Below are positions 50,718 to 59,929 of a DNA stretch of 64,000 nucleotides, in pieces. A program made the position numbers and the translations under genes. Position 1 is the stretch's first letter; each line of letters starts with the position of its first letter. Below the pieces are notes generated by a model. It saw only the letters and a list, made by a program, of their open reading frames with translations. It was not told where the DNA came from and searched no databases. The DNA comes from Acidobacteriota bacterium (GTDB lineage Bacteria > Acidobacteriota > UBA6911 > RPQK01 > JAJDTT01): the NCBI GenBank assembly GCA_965217775.1, contig CBDCJH010000002.1:3872001-3936000 (forward strand), read 5' to 3'.

Positions 50718-53700
50718 TCAGACACCTCGTCTTGTAGAGTCTAGGAATTGATATACGGCATCCCGAACATTGCCGTTCTGGTCGCCCTTCATGAGTTCCG
50801 CCGCCGCCGCAGATTCGCTGGGGTCGATTCCGGGATGAGCTAATACGCGACGAACCACAAAGGCTCGGAAGGCAGCATCAGAATCGTTGCGCAGAGCCCC
50901 CAGTCTTGCCAAGTCAGCAGCCGTATACGGGACTTTCGAATCAAGGAGTCTGTCGCAGCGGCGCACCTGGAACCGTTTTGCACAGATCATGTCGACAAGC
51001 TTCTTTCTTTGGTCAGGTGATTCAACGGCGTACGCAGTCAGACAGTCAACGGCGGCATCGGAGACATCGCTCCTTGTATCCGCGGATAGCTGCGCGAGTT
51101 GGTCAAGACCGAGTTTGTCGACTTCGCACAACGTGCGGAGAAGGGCTTCCCTCGGGCTATCGGGCACAAGCCCACCTTCGACCGGGTACGGGTCTTCGTG
51201 TTCAAGCCAGTGGTCCATCGCTCGCACGAGCAGAGGCACAAGCCACCCATCCGACGCCTTCGCGACGCCCTGGCACCATCGTGCCGCCGCCACGGCTGTT
51301 TTGGCACCCGAAACCAACAAACCGTTCTCCAAGACGCGGAGATAGGCGGGGACCAACTCCAATTCGTCTTTGAGTAGCAGGTCGAACAGATAGTGCAGGC
51401 CTTCAACCGGCTGCATTTCGAGCCTGCGCAAGATCAGGTCCCGACCTCCATGATCGGGTAGGGCCATTGCTAACGCGGCACCCCAATGCAGAGCGGCCCC
51501 CTTACCCGATATAAGGATCCGCTCGCACACGGGGGCACGTTGGAATTCGCCCAATCGAGCGTGCAACAGTAGTGTAGCGAGACGACTCACCCAGCCCGAC
51601 GGATGATGGAGCAAGGTTTCGAGGAAGCCATCGTCGATGCGGAGGTCAGTGGCAAGTTTCCAATGGGTCTCGGGCGCATCCACGTCCGGAAATATATCGA
51701 GGACGGAAGAGGGATTACCTTCGGCTACCAGGACCTCAATGGCGTCAACCGCACGTTGCGCTTCTGCGGCCAGCCTTTCGGTCGGAAGACCGAACACCGA
51801 CGCAGCGGCACGGAAGAGCGCGTGCACCTCCGACAGCTGCGCCCCACCGGACGGTAGGGCGTTGATGTCACTGAGTGGTGCGTCCAGCATGCCCGACATG
51901 CGGAGGAACGCCGAAAGGAACTTCAGGCCCGTTTCGGGCGGGTGCTCGGAGGGCTCTCTGAGGAATGCGGCCGATACGACATCGCTCATGACAGATGCGG
52001 TCCGTCGCGTATCCCTGGAAAGAGCCGCGAAGTCGATTGAAGTGAACAGGCGGTTCCATCGCGAATGATGGCGTAGTGCATCTTTGCGGCCCAGTTCGCA
52101 AAGTACAGCGTCGAAGCGCGAAACGAAGTCAAGAGTAAAGTTCCGCTTATCGCTTACTACGGCGATGAGTCGGTCTTGATAGTGGGCGCCCTTGCCCGTG
52201 AGCAGAAGTCTCAACGCACCGATCAGGAACTCCTCATAAACCCCTCGGTCGGGGAATCGTCCGAAGACGAAGTCCTCTAGGACAAAGAATTCGTCATCGC
52301 GACTACGCATCACGAAATGGTGGAACGCGTCCTCCAGTGCGCCTAGGTCTAGACTCCCCGGGAAGCCGTTGCAAAGTATCGCCCAACCTACGAGATGCGA
52401 CCACTCAGCCGGAGCCGTCAGGAGCCGGGACGCCATCTCCTCAGCCTCGGGTAGACGGCTCAGATCGTTGCGCGTCAGGCAGAGTCCAACGCGGTACGTT
52501 TTCTGACGATCTGCCGATCGAACGAGAGCGAATAGGCGTTCGAGAAACAACCTGCGTTGCGTTGACGAGAGTGTGGTCTCGGGTCGCGCAAGGATTCGCA
52601 GGAGGCGGTTCAATATATCCAGGTTGGGCTCGACTGCCTCGAATTCAGCCATAAGCATCTCCGCCAAAGTCGTGGCCAATGGCGTCTGGGTGGCGAAGTC
52701 GAGGATTTCATCCGAACCGGGATTCGCGAGCTCGCGCCGTATCAGCCTACGTGCTTGGTCCGGGTCCATGGCGACAAGATGGCGTGCTGCCGCGAACTCC
52801 CCGCAGGTCTTGTGGACGAACGCGATCAGCTCTATGCCTGCATGGCGCAAGCGTTCGACTAGCCCAGCTGCTTCCCAGTATTTGATCGATTGCTGAACGT
52901 CGGAAAGGGCTTGTAGGTACGTTGTGCCCATTGCGGCTTGCAGTCTCTTGGCGCAGCGGTCCTCAACGTCATCCGAATCTAGAAGTGGTGAAGCAAAAAC
53001 CTGCCAGCCGAGTTCGTTCAAGACGCTGTGGCGGATTGCTTTGATAGGACCTTCAGAGGTTTCCATTCTGGGGGAGGGCAGATCGTCGATCAGCGTGAAG
53101 ATGCGGTCGTAGAGTTCCGACTTGCTCCGGCAGGGATGCTGCCACTTGAGGAACAGAGATGCTCCGAACGCCAACAACAGCGGCGTGCGTGCCAAGATCC
53201 GTGCTGAGTCGCCTTTTCTCAAATAGGTCCGTATGCGGTCCCGCAATTGATTCTCGCTAGCGCCATCGCTCCCAAGGGCAGCCCGGCAGAGAATCTCCAG
53301 GTGCTTTGGTACGTCCTCCGCGCCAAGAGGTGTGAGCTCGTAGTGGCGCCAATTGCGGAGTTCGCTCGTGCTGTAGCCGATCGGTCGCGTCGTGACGACT
53401 ACCCGGTAGGATGGATGGGACTCGGCAATGTTTCGCAGCCCCGACGCGATGATTGACTGACGGTTGCCGCATTCGTCGAGCCCGTCGCAAAGAATGACCA
53501 GCTCCGAGAGCGACGCGGCGCGCAGTTGCTCCGGCGAGATTCCGCTGCCGTCGAGACCAAGTCCGAAGATGCCTTCCTCGACGGTACACCCATCCCGCTC
53601 CATTCGCCTCGCCAAGTCCCGCAAACGGACGCGAAGACTGACGAACGAATCCTTCGCAAACTCGCGCGCTAGGACTTCAAGCAACAGCGACTTTCCGCTG

Positions 53701-54689
53701 CCGGGCCCACCGATGACTACACAGAGCGTTCGGAATGTGCCTATCGTCCTTGCGTCGATCTCACCGTCGAGTTGCCGTTTCGACTCCTCGCCGATCGCGT
53801 GGTACGCCGCCAGTGCTTCCTCAACCGAGGATTTATTCTCGACATACCTGTCGCGGACAAGTGCCTTGAGAGGTAGCCATGCTTGGTCGGTTGGCAACAG
53901 GGTTGGCATCCCTAGAATCTCGAAGTACTCGGTTCGAGACAGTGTCCATTCGAGGGTCGAGGCGCCGATCACCGCAGGCGAGTCATTTGATGGTCTCGAC
54001 AGGTCGATCTGGGATTTTCGCAAGACCGAGACGAGATTGACGAATATCCTGCGCCCCCTTGTAGTTATCCCGGACACAGCGTCCCGGTAGAGAGCGTTCC
54101 AAGCCGGCCTGACTTGATGGGCGTGAACACAGACATGCCCGAGTTCCGAACGTGCCGCCACGACCGCGGCATCGTCGTCGATCAGGGCAGGAACGGTCTT
54201 AATGCGAATGCGCGAGCAAACCTTGATGACATCGTATCCCTTCTCCACGAGGAAGTGTGCCAGCTTGGTCTGCTCCTCCGACGGGTGATCGCCGCGCTGA
54301 TCGCCGAGCCGACGAAATGCGAGCGCGTAGTGTTTTCTAACCGGTAGGCTGGACTGCGGGCAAACGGCCAAGATGCCGTAGTCGCAGCACTCTGAGTCGA
54401 TGCCCTCGCAGAGGGAGTCGAGTGCCAACCAGAATCGCTTGGACGCAGTGAGTCCCTTTTTCGCTTGTACTTCGATGGTGGCGCCGTCGGCAAGCGTCAA
54501 CGAGATGTCATCGCCCGGACCGCCGGTCTCGAAGGACACAGCAGTGGGAGGTGAAGCCGTCCAACCATCAATCCAGGGGATGGCTGTTCCACGCAGCGCG
54601 TGTACGTAAACAATTGCGCCAAGCGCGGCTTGGAAGTCGAATCCGCCAGCTGCTGCGGCGCCGCCGGATGTGTTTAATACTTCGGTCAT
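50718..54689 (-). CDS. NACHT/STAND NTPase with N-terminal PD-(D/E)xK-like nuclease (Avs-like)
   Basis: GFDFQ...GDDI...IEVQAK; GGPGSGKS Walker A; CDGLDE Walker B; TPLLL; FVHKTCGEFAAA; long helical C-terminus. Confidence 0.82.
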   Translation of the reverse strand: MTEVLNTSGGAAAAGGFDFQAALGAIVYVHALRGTAIPWIDGWTASPPTAVSFETGGPGDDISLTLADGATIEVQAKKGLTASKRFWLALDSLCEGIDSECCDYGILAVCPQSSLPVRKHYALAFRRLGDQRGDHPSEEQTKLAHFLVEKGYDVIKVCSRIRIKTVPALIDDDAAVVAARSELGHVCVHAHQVRPAWNALYRDAVSGITTRGRRIFVNLVSVLRKSQIDLSRPSNDSPAVIGASTLEWTLSRTEYFEILGMPTLLPTDQAWLPLKALVRDRYVENKSSVEEALAAYHAIGEESKRQLDGEIDARTIGTFRTLCVVIGGPGSGKSLLLEVLAREFAKDSFVSLRVRLRDLARRMERDGCTVEEGIFGLGLDGSGISPEQLRAASLSELVILCDGLDECGNRQSIIASGLRNIAESHPSYRVVVTTRPIGYSTSELRNWRHYELTPLGAEDVPKHLEILCRAALGSDGASENQLRDRIRTYLRKGDSARILARTPLLLAFGASLFLKWQHPCRSKSELYDRIFTLIDDLPSPRMETSEGPIKAIRHSVLNELGWQVFASPLLDSDDVEDRCAKRLQAAMGTTYLQALSDVQQSIKYWEAAGLVERLRHAGIELIAFVHKTCGEFAAARHLVAMDPDQARRLIRRELANPGSDEILDFATQTPLATTLAEMLMAEFEAVEPNLDILNRLLRILARPETTLSSTQRRLFLERLFALVRSADRQKTYRVGLCLTRNDLSRLPEAEEMASRLLTAPAEWSHLVGWAILCNGFPGSLDLGALEDAFHHFVMRSRDDEFFVLEDFVFGRFPDRGVYEEFLIGALRLLLTGKGAHYQDRLIAVVSDKRNFTLDFVSRFDAVLCELGRKDALRHHSRWNRLFTSIDFAALSRDTRRTASVMSDVVSAAFLREPSEHPPETGLKFLSAFLRMSGMLDAPLSDINALPSGGAQLSEVHALFRAAASVFGLPTERLAAEAQRAVDAIEVLVAEGNPSSVLDIFPDVDAPETHWKLATDLRIDDGFLETLLHHPSGWVSRLATLLLHARLGEFQRAPVCERILISGKGAALHWGAALAMALPDHGGRDLILRRLEMQPVEGLHYLFDLLLKDELELVPAYLRVLENGLLVSGAKTAVAAARWCQGVAKASDGWLVPLLVRAMDHWLEHEDPYPVEGGLVPDSPREALLRTLCEVDKLGLDQLAQLSADTRSDVSDAAVDCLTAYAVESPDQRKKLVDMICAKRFQVRRCDRLLDSKVPYTAADLARLGALRNDSDAAFRAFVVRRVLAHPGIDPSESAAAAELMKGDQNGNVRDAVYQFLDSTRRGV

Positions 54690-55039
54690 AGGTTGTGTAA
54701 CCGGTTCAATCCTTGTCCATAAGTGAAAGAAATGCCTCGGCGACATTTCGGAGGGCCGCCCGCGCCGCGTGCCACAGGATCGGCGCTCGACGGCCTTCCT
54801 GAAAGGACTGATGGAATGGGAGCGACCCCATGAGGGAGCGTGGCACGGGCGTGCACATGCACCTCATTGTCTCATGTGGAATTGCCGATCAGCATCGACC
54901 TTCGCCCATCTGCTTTCACGATCACTCTCCGACGACCGGCTCGATGACGATTGCCTCGAATGCGCAGATCTTATTCGGTTCGGTCGGGAGCCACGGCACG
55001 TCAGGATGCTCGACCATGTGGGCGACAAGGGTCTAGGAC

Positions 55040-55392
55040 TAAATGCGCCAGCGCCGCCTCGACGACCTCGCGCGGATGGTCCGTCTCCTCGGCCGCCCAG
55101 TCCCGGAAGCTCGTCCAGAACCCATCGGGCACGACCTCAATCTCGAGCTTCCGGAGTAGCCGGCGCAGTTGCTTGTCGAAGATCGGCTTCCCGTGGCCAA
55201 CGGTGAACACCAGTGGGCTGCCGAGCCTGATCGTCCGCGCCTCCTCGAGGATCTCCAGCGCGCGGCCACCCAGCGGCACCCGGTGCTCCCGCCCCATCTT
55301 CATCCGAGTCGCGGGAACCGTCTACACCCCCTCCGCCCGATCAATCCCGTCCTACTCGGCCAACCGCACCACGCTCCACCTCGCCGCCGTCA
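55040..55392 (-). pseudogene. P4-like tyrosine integrase C-terminal relic
   Basis: TAARWSVVRLAE*...V*TVPATRMKMGREHRVPL...GFWTSFRDWAAE...EAALAH, with stops and truncation. Confidence 0.8.
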
Positions 55393-55644
55393 CTCGGATG
55401 CTTCATAGGCAGAGACCAGATAGTCGTCGTGGCGGCGGCCGACATCGCTACGCCTGGAGCGAAACCGTCCGGCTGCGGAGATTGCACGCTGCGCCCGAGT
55501 CGTGTGGGCCCCCTGCCCCTTCTGAGCCAGGACATTGTCCACGCCGTTGCGTGCCAACTCGGAAATCGACAGCCCGCGTTCCGCGGCAAGCGTTCGCAAT
55601 CGGCGAAGCTGCCATTCCTGCAACTGAACTTGAATCCGAATCAT
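55390..55644 (-). CDS. CopG/RHH antitoxin (orphan)
   Basis: MIRIQVQL...AAERGLSISELAR...AGRFRS...HDDYL. Confidence 0.75.
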   Translation of the reverse strand: MIRIQVQLQEWQLRRLRTLAAERGLSISELARNGVDNVLAQKGQGAHTTRAQRAISAAGRFRSRRSDVGRRHDDYLVSAYEASE

Positions 55645-55807
55645 AGCCGGCATGGTGGCATATCATCGCTTTATTGACACATGCGGTTACCGTTTTCCGC
55701 ATCAGATTCGGAAATGGCGACTGCATCGAAATCGGCGTTGAAGTAGCCCCGGATGAAAACGTTTCGGCCTCTTGACAGTTGTACGGTCGAATTTACATCT
55801 TATACAT

Positions 55808-56056
55808 ATGAAACGTACGACTCTTGTGCTTGATGAGCAGATATTGGAAGAAACCCTACGGCACAGTGGCGAGCGCACCTACTCGAAAGCAGTGACACGA
55901 GCGATGGAGGAGTTCGTTCGAAGGGCGAAAGCAGGTCGTATCTTGCAACTGGCCGGTCTGGGGTTGTGGGAGGGGGACTTGGCGCAGATGCGCAATGATC
56001 AACGGCGCCGTCGCCAATCTGGGCCTGAGCATGGGACTGGCCGTGTACCTTGTTGA
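55808..56056 (+). CDS. vapB: VapB-family antitoxin
   Basis: MKRTTLVLDE...TYSKAV..AMEEFVRR...WEGDL; TTGACA at 55772 upstream. Confidence 0.8.
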   Translation: MKRTTLVLDEQILEETLRHSGERTYSKAVTRAMEEFVRRAKAGRILQLAGLGLWEGDLAQMRNDQRRRRQSGPEHGTGRVPC

Positions 56057-56441
56057 CACCTCGGTCTGGATCGAAGTATTTGCGCGCCCGGCTCGAATTC
56101 ACGTCGAATCGGCCGCCCATCTGGAGGAAATCGTCACCTGCCTCCCGATCATGCAAGAGGTTCTCCAAGGCTTGCGCGACGAGAGCGCATTCCGGATTGC
56201 ACGAGACGCGATGCACGCATTGCCGATCGTCGAGGCACCGTTGGAGACGGCGGTGTTCGACGAAGCGGTCGACCTGTACCGCCTGGCGCGCCGGATTGGT
56301 ATCACGGTGCGTTCAAGTGTCGACTGCCTGATCGCAATCTGCGCGATCAGGAACGACCTGACGCTGCTACACCACGACCGCGACTTCGACCGGATCGCAC
56401 GAATCTCACCGTTGCGTTCACACCACCTGGGAAGACATTGA
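56043..56441 (+). CDS. vapC: VapC PIN-domain toxin
   Basis: LVDTSVWI, QEVLQG, SSVDCLIA, LLHHDRDF. Confidence 0.9.
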   Translation: MYLVDTSVWIEVFARPARIHVESAAHLEEIVTCLPIMQEVLQGLRDESAFRIARDAMHALPIVEAPLETAVFDEAVDLYRLARRIGITVRSSVDCLIAICAIRNDLTLLHHDRDFDRIARISPLRSHHLGRH

Positions 56442-56540
56442 GAACGACGAGCCCCGGCACCCCAGACTCGCTGTTCACAACTCTCATCATGTCTCCGTCG
56501 TCGGGATACCACCAGGGAGAGTAGAAAATCTCCCGGAGTT

Positions 56541-56618
56541 GTGGACCTGTTTTTTGTACCCCAGGGTGGGTCATTCTTGGGTGATCACGCCGGGTCACTT
56601 TTCCACCGACGTTATCCA
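56541..56618. mobile_element. Possible orphan IS21-like terminal repeat region
   Basis: Three ~24-bp-spaced units (gtggacctgttttt, gtgggtcattcttg, ccgggtcacttttc) ending in CA; no transposase nearby. Confidence 0.4.
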
Positions 56619-56646
56619 TAGACCGAATGGCTCAGCCAGACTGAGC

Positions 56647-57051
56647 TCAAAGATGATCGAGAAAACCGGCCACCGTCTGGATTCTAATACCGAAGGTTTT
56701 TTCCGGCTGGTTCATGAATGCACCAAAGTCCTTCAAATCTCCGGTCAGCAGATGGGTGGCCCGGCATGCGACCGCCGCCTGAAAAATGGGCTGATCCTTC
56801 CTTGGTAGCCCAGGGGGAAATTCAAGTCCAACGGCATGAGGTGCAAGCCGGAGAACATCCGAGAACATACCCAGGTTCTCCACGAACTCCGGAAGTTTCC
56901 GTTTCAGATTTCGGCGCGCCTCTTCCACTGCATAAGCACTGGAGTAGATCTCCCAATGCCCCTGTCTGGAGAGCTCAATCACCAACGCGGCCTTACCCCG
57001 CGGATTGTGTGTCGCAGTAAACAAGACATTGGCGTCAAGAAACAGCCTCAT
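56647..57051 (-). CDS. PIN-domain toxin
   Basis: MRLFLDANVLF, EEARRNL, KDQPIF..A, LLTGD.KDFG. Confidence 0.85.
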   Translation of the reverse strand: MRLFLDANVLFTATHNPRGKAALVIELSRQGHWEIYSSAYAVEEARRNLKRKLPEFVENLGMFSDVLRLAPHAVGLEFPPGLPRKDQPIFQAAVACRATHLLTGDLKDFGAFMNQPEKTFGIRIQTVAGFLDHL

Positions 57052-57299
57052 TCCGATCCGCTGAACTTATCGAGGATGCGTGTTCGCTCCCGGTCTGACA
57101 GCACGTCTGCAGCGTTCCACTCGGCGATTTGTTCGTCGCTGTAGTATTGGATCTCAAGCACCACCCCGGGTTTGAGTACGATTTCATTGCCACGATCTTC
57201 CAGGATCAGGACATCCCCGTTCTTGATTCCAAAGCGCTTCCGCAACACGGCTGGCAGAGTGATCTGGCCACGACTGGACACGACTAACGTTTCCTGCAT
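57048..57299 (-). CDS. AbrB/MazE/SpoVT family antitoxin
   Basis: VSSRGQITLPAVLRKRFGIKNGD; overlaps PIN start; gaatatc-g-gatattc palindrome upstream (57349-57363). Confidence 0.88.
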   Translation of the reverse strand: MQETLVVSSRGQITLPAVLRKRFGIKNGDVLILEDRGNEIVLKPGVVLEIQYYSDEQIAEWNAADVLSDRERTRILDKFSGSE

Positions 57300-57719
57300 G
57301 TCAACCTTCCATTTCCGAACCTGCAGACATTAAGTTTACGTATATTCAGAATATCGGATATTCCGCAGAGGAACAATTGGAAGGCCCCGCCTCAATGGTT
57401 TCCCTCACGGAGCCGGTTCACGGTGTAGGCGGCCAGCTTCGTCACCAGCGATTCGCCGTCTTGGGAACGAATTCTCCGCCCCGGGCGCAGTTCGTACACA
57501 CGATCCTTCAACAAGGGATCCGAAAGGCGGAGCGACACTCGGCGTGCATCTTCCGAGACGGACACCTTCTCGATCCGGACCGGCGTCACGTCCGTCTTGG
57601 GAGACCCGTATTCCCCGTGGTAGCGGTAGTAGTAGTGGATCAGGGAATAGTCGTCGGCGAGCGCCGCGGTGGCCGGATCCACGGGCTTGGTGAAGACGAG
57701 GTCGAACCCCGATTCGGTC

Positions 57720-59636
57720 GTCACGGTAGGAACGGCAGTTTCCTGCCGCCCCCCGCACAGATCCGGACGTGCCCGTTAAGGCATCCGGCTCCTACCTTGG
57801 GTGTGGACGGCCAGCGGAACCGCTGCCCCGGCCACGGGTGACGGATCTTCACGGATGGCCAGAGCAATTCCGTCATCCGTCGCAACCGTCCCCAGCTGAA
57901 GCGGTCGCGTTGGGACCGGCGGCGCAAGGCTCGCAGCCACCGCCGTTGCAGCAGATAGCAGAAACCTCGCAGCCAGCGCGTACTCCCCGGAACCGCAAAA
58001 TAGTTCAGCCAGCCGTTCAGGACCCGGCTCAACCATTTCCCGACCTCCCAGTGATCCGCGTGCCGTTGTCTCCACAGCCTCTCCCCCAACCGTTGCAGGG
58101 TCCGGTTCATCCGTTTCGCGCTTGGCTTCCGCCCCAGCCGGAAGCGTCCCTTCCGGGTCTTCGCACAGTAGTGCGTGAACCCCAGAAAGTCGAACGTCTC
58201 CGGTTTCCGCTCCCCGCGTCGTCGCCGATCCGCTGCCGCAAATCGTCCGAACTCCACCAGTCGCGTCTTTTCCGGGTGCAGTTCCAGCCCGAACTCGGCG
58301 CACCGTTCCCCCAGGTCTCGGAGAAACCGTTTCGCGTCCGCCCGTCTCTGGAATCCGGCCACGAAGTCGTCCGCATATCGCACCAGGATCGCTTCGCCTT
58401 TCGGGACTCGTGGGCGCCACGTCCGATGGAACCATTGGTCCAGCACGTAGTGCAGGTACACGTTGGCCATGACCGGCGAGACGTTGGCGCCCTGAGGCGT
58501 CCCTCTCCCCGTGTCCGACCAGGTCCCTTCTTCCATCACGCCGGCGTTCAGCCACTTGCGCAGCAGCCGCAGCACCCGCCGGTCTCCGATCCGCCGTTCC
58601 ACGAACTGCATCAGGCAGTCCCGGTCGATCGCATCAAAGAACGTCCGAATGTCCGCGTCCACGATCCAGTTGACTTTCCGCCGTTCGATCCCGTAGGCCA
58701 GTGCATCCAGCGCGTCATGCGCCTTCCGTCCGGGCCGGAACCCGTAGCTGAGCCCGAGAAACTCCGCCTCGTAAATCGGCGTCAGGAGCTCGTCCACGAC
58801 TGCCTTCTGGAGGATCTTGTCCTCCAGCGCGGCCACGCCGAGCGGTCGTGTCCTTCCATCCGGCTTGGGGATGTTCACCCGCCGGACGGGAGGCGCTCGG
58901 TACGCGCCCCGGTGCACGCGGCGATGCAGGTCCAGCAGTCGCTCTTCCAGCTTCGCCCCGTACTCCTCCCACCGGACCCCGTCGATTCCCGGCGCAGCAT
59001 CCTTCCTCAGTCCGAGGTAGGCGCGGCGCAGGGCCTCCACAGTGATATGGTGCAGCAGCGCGGTCAGTCGCTCCTTGGGGTTTCTCGCGATCGCTCGCCG
59101 TATCCGGTCCACCGCTTGGGACACGCTCCCCCGACTCTGCGTCCGGCGCGTGCTTTGGCTCACCGAATTCCCCTTGGTTCCATCCCTTCGCTCCACCGGC
59201 TCCGCCGAGGGTCGCCCCTCTTTGTTCGCCCGCTTCATCGCTACTATGGATGAATCCGATTGCTTCGTTCCGTCCATCATGAGTTTCGGGTTACTCCTTT
59301 CTCATGCGACCCCGGGGCGACCCCCCGGCGTGAAATGAAGCCCTCCCAGGTCCCGGAACAAGATTTGCGTACGTGCCTGGGTTCTTTGACACCGCGGAGC
59401 CCGGCCGTCCCTCACCTGGGCGGTCCAGCCGGTGTTGCCTTCGACCGCGACTACAGTCTCGGCACTTCCGATCATGGAGCTTTCGATGCTCAATAGCCTG
59501 CCCATACGCACCGCTACCGACGCTTCGCCGACACCCTCACGGGTGCCAACGCACGGCTCGCGGAGAAACGTGGATGGTTAGTCCTTCGTTTCGGCGGACT
59601 TCCACCGCCTATCTTGTGCCAGTTAGCCTGGCGCAC
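57720..59636 (-). mobile_element. Group II intron (1917 nt)
   Basis: 5' GTGCG; domain V GAGCCGGATGCCTTAACGGGCACGTCCGGATC; domain VI; terminal AC; EBS1 AGUCGC pairs with IBS1 GCGGCU. Confidence 0.93.
57721..59280 (-). CDS. ltrA: Group II intron reverse transcriptase/maturase (no endonuclease domain)
   Basis: LTALLHHI, APGIDG, IPKPDG.RPLG, SYGFRPGR, GTPQG, RYADD, FDFLGF. Confidence 0.95.
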   Translation of the reverse strand: MMDGTKQSDSSIVAMKRANKEGRPSAEPVERRDGTKGNSVSQSTRRTQSRGSVSQAVDRIRRAIARNPKERLTALLHHITVEALRRAYLGLRKDAAPGIDGVRWEEYGAKLEERLLDLHRRVHRGAYRAPPVRRVNIPKPDGRTRPLGVAALEDKILQKAVVDELLTPIYEAEFLGLSYGFRPGRKAHDALDALAYGIERRKVNWIVDADIRTFFDAIDRDCLMQFVERRIGDRRVLRLLRKWLNAGVMEEGTWSDTGRGTPQGANVSPVMANVYLHYVLDQWFHRTWRPRVPKGEAILVRYADDFVAGFQRRADAKRFLRDLGERCAEFGLELHPEKTRLVEFGRFAAADRRRRGERKPETFDFLGFTHYCAKTRKGRFRLGRKPSAKRMNRTLQRLGERLWRQRHADHWEVGKWLSRVLNGWLNYFAVPGSTRWLRGFCYLLQRRWLRALRRRSQRDRFSWGRLRRMTELLWPSVKIRHPWPGQRFRWPSTPKVGAGCLNGHVRICAGGGRKLPFLP

Positions 59637-59929
59637 AGCCGCATCTCCTGGATGTCCAGGGGTGTCTTTCCCGTCCAGGCCACCCGCTGCAATCCCTCTC
59701 CGATTCCCCAGATCCGTGAGGTCTGTGCCACATAGAGATCTCCATTCGGGGAGAAGGCCAGCCGAAGGTTTCCCTTGCGAAGCCCGCGCCCCTCGATGAA
59801 TGGGAAGCAGGCTCCCTGATAGGTCCCCGCGACCTTTTCCAGGTAGACCCGGTGAATCCGGGGATAGGTCCAGTCGGCGATGAACATCTGGCCCGCGTAC
59901 GGCCCGAACCCGCCTCCGGTGCGGTCCTC

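Noticed and set aside
50400-57400. Integron cassette array or tRNA att site
   Set aside because: No repeated attC-like structures or tRNA fragment recognised; gene orientations are mixed.
57721-59280. Retron or defence-associated RT
   Set aside because: Clear group II intron termini, domain V/VI and EBS1-IBS1 pairing are present.
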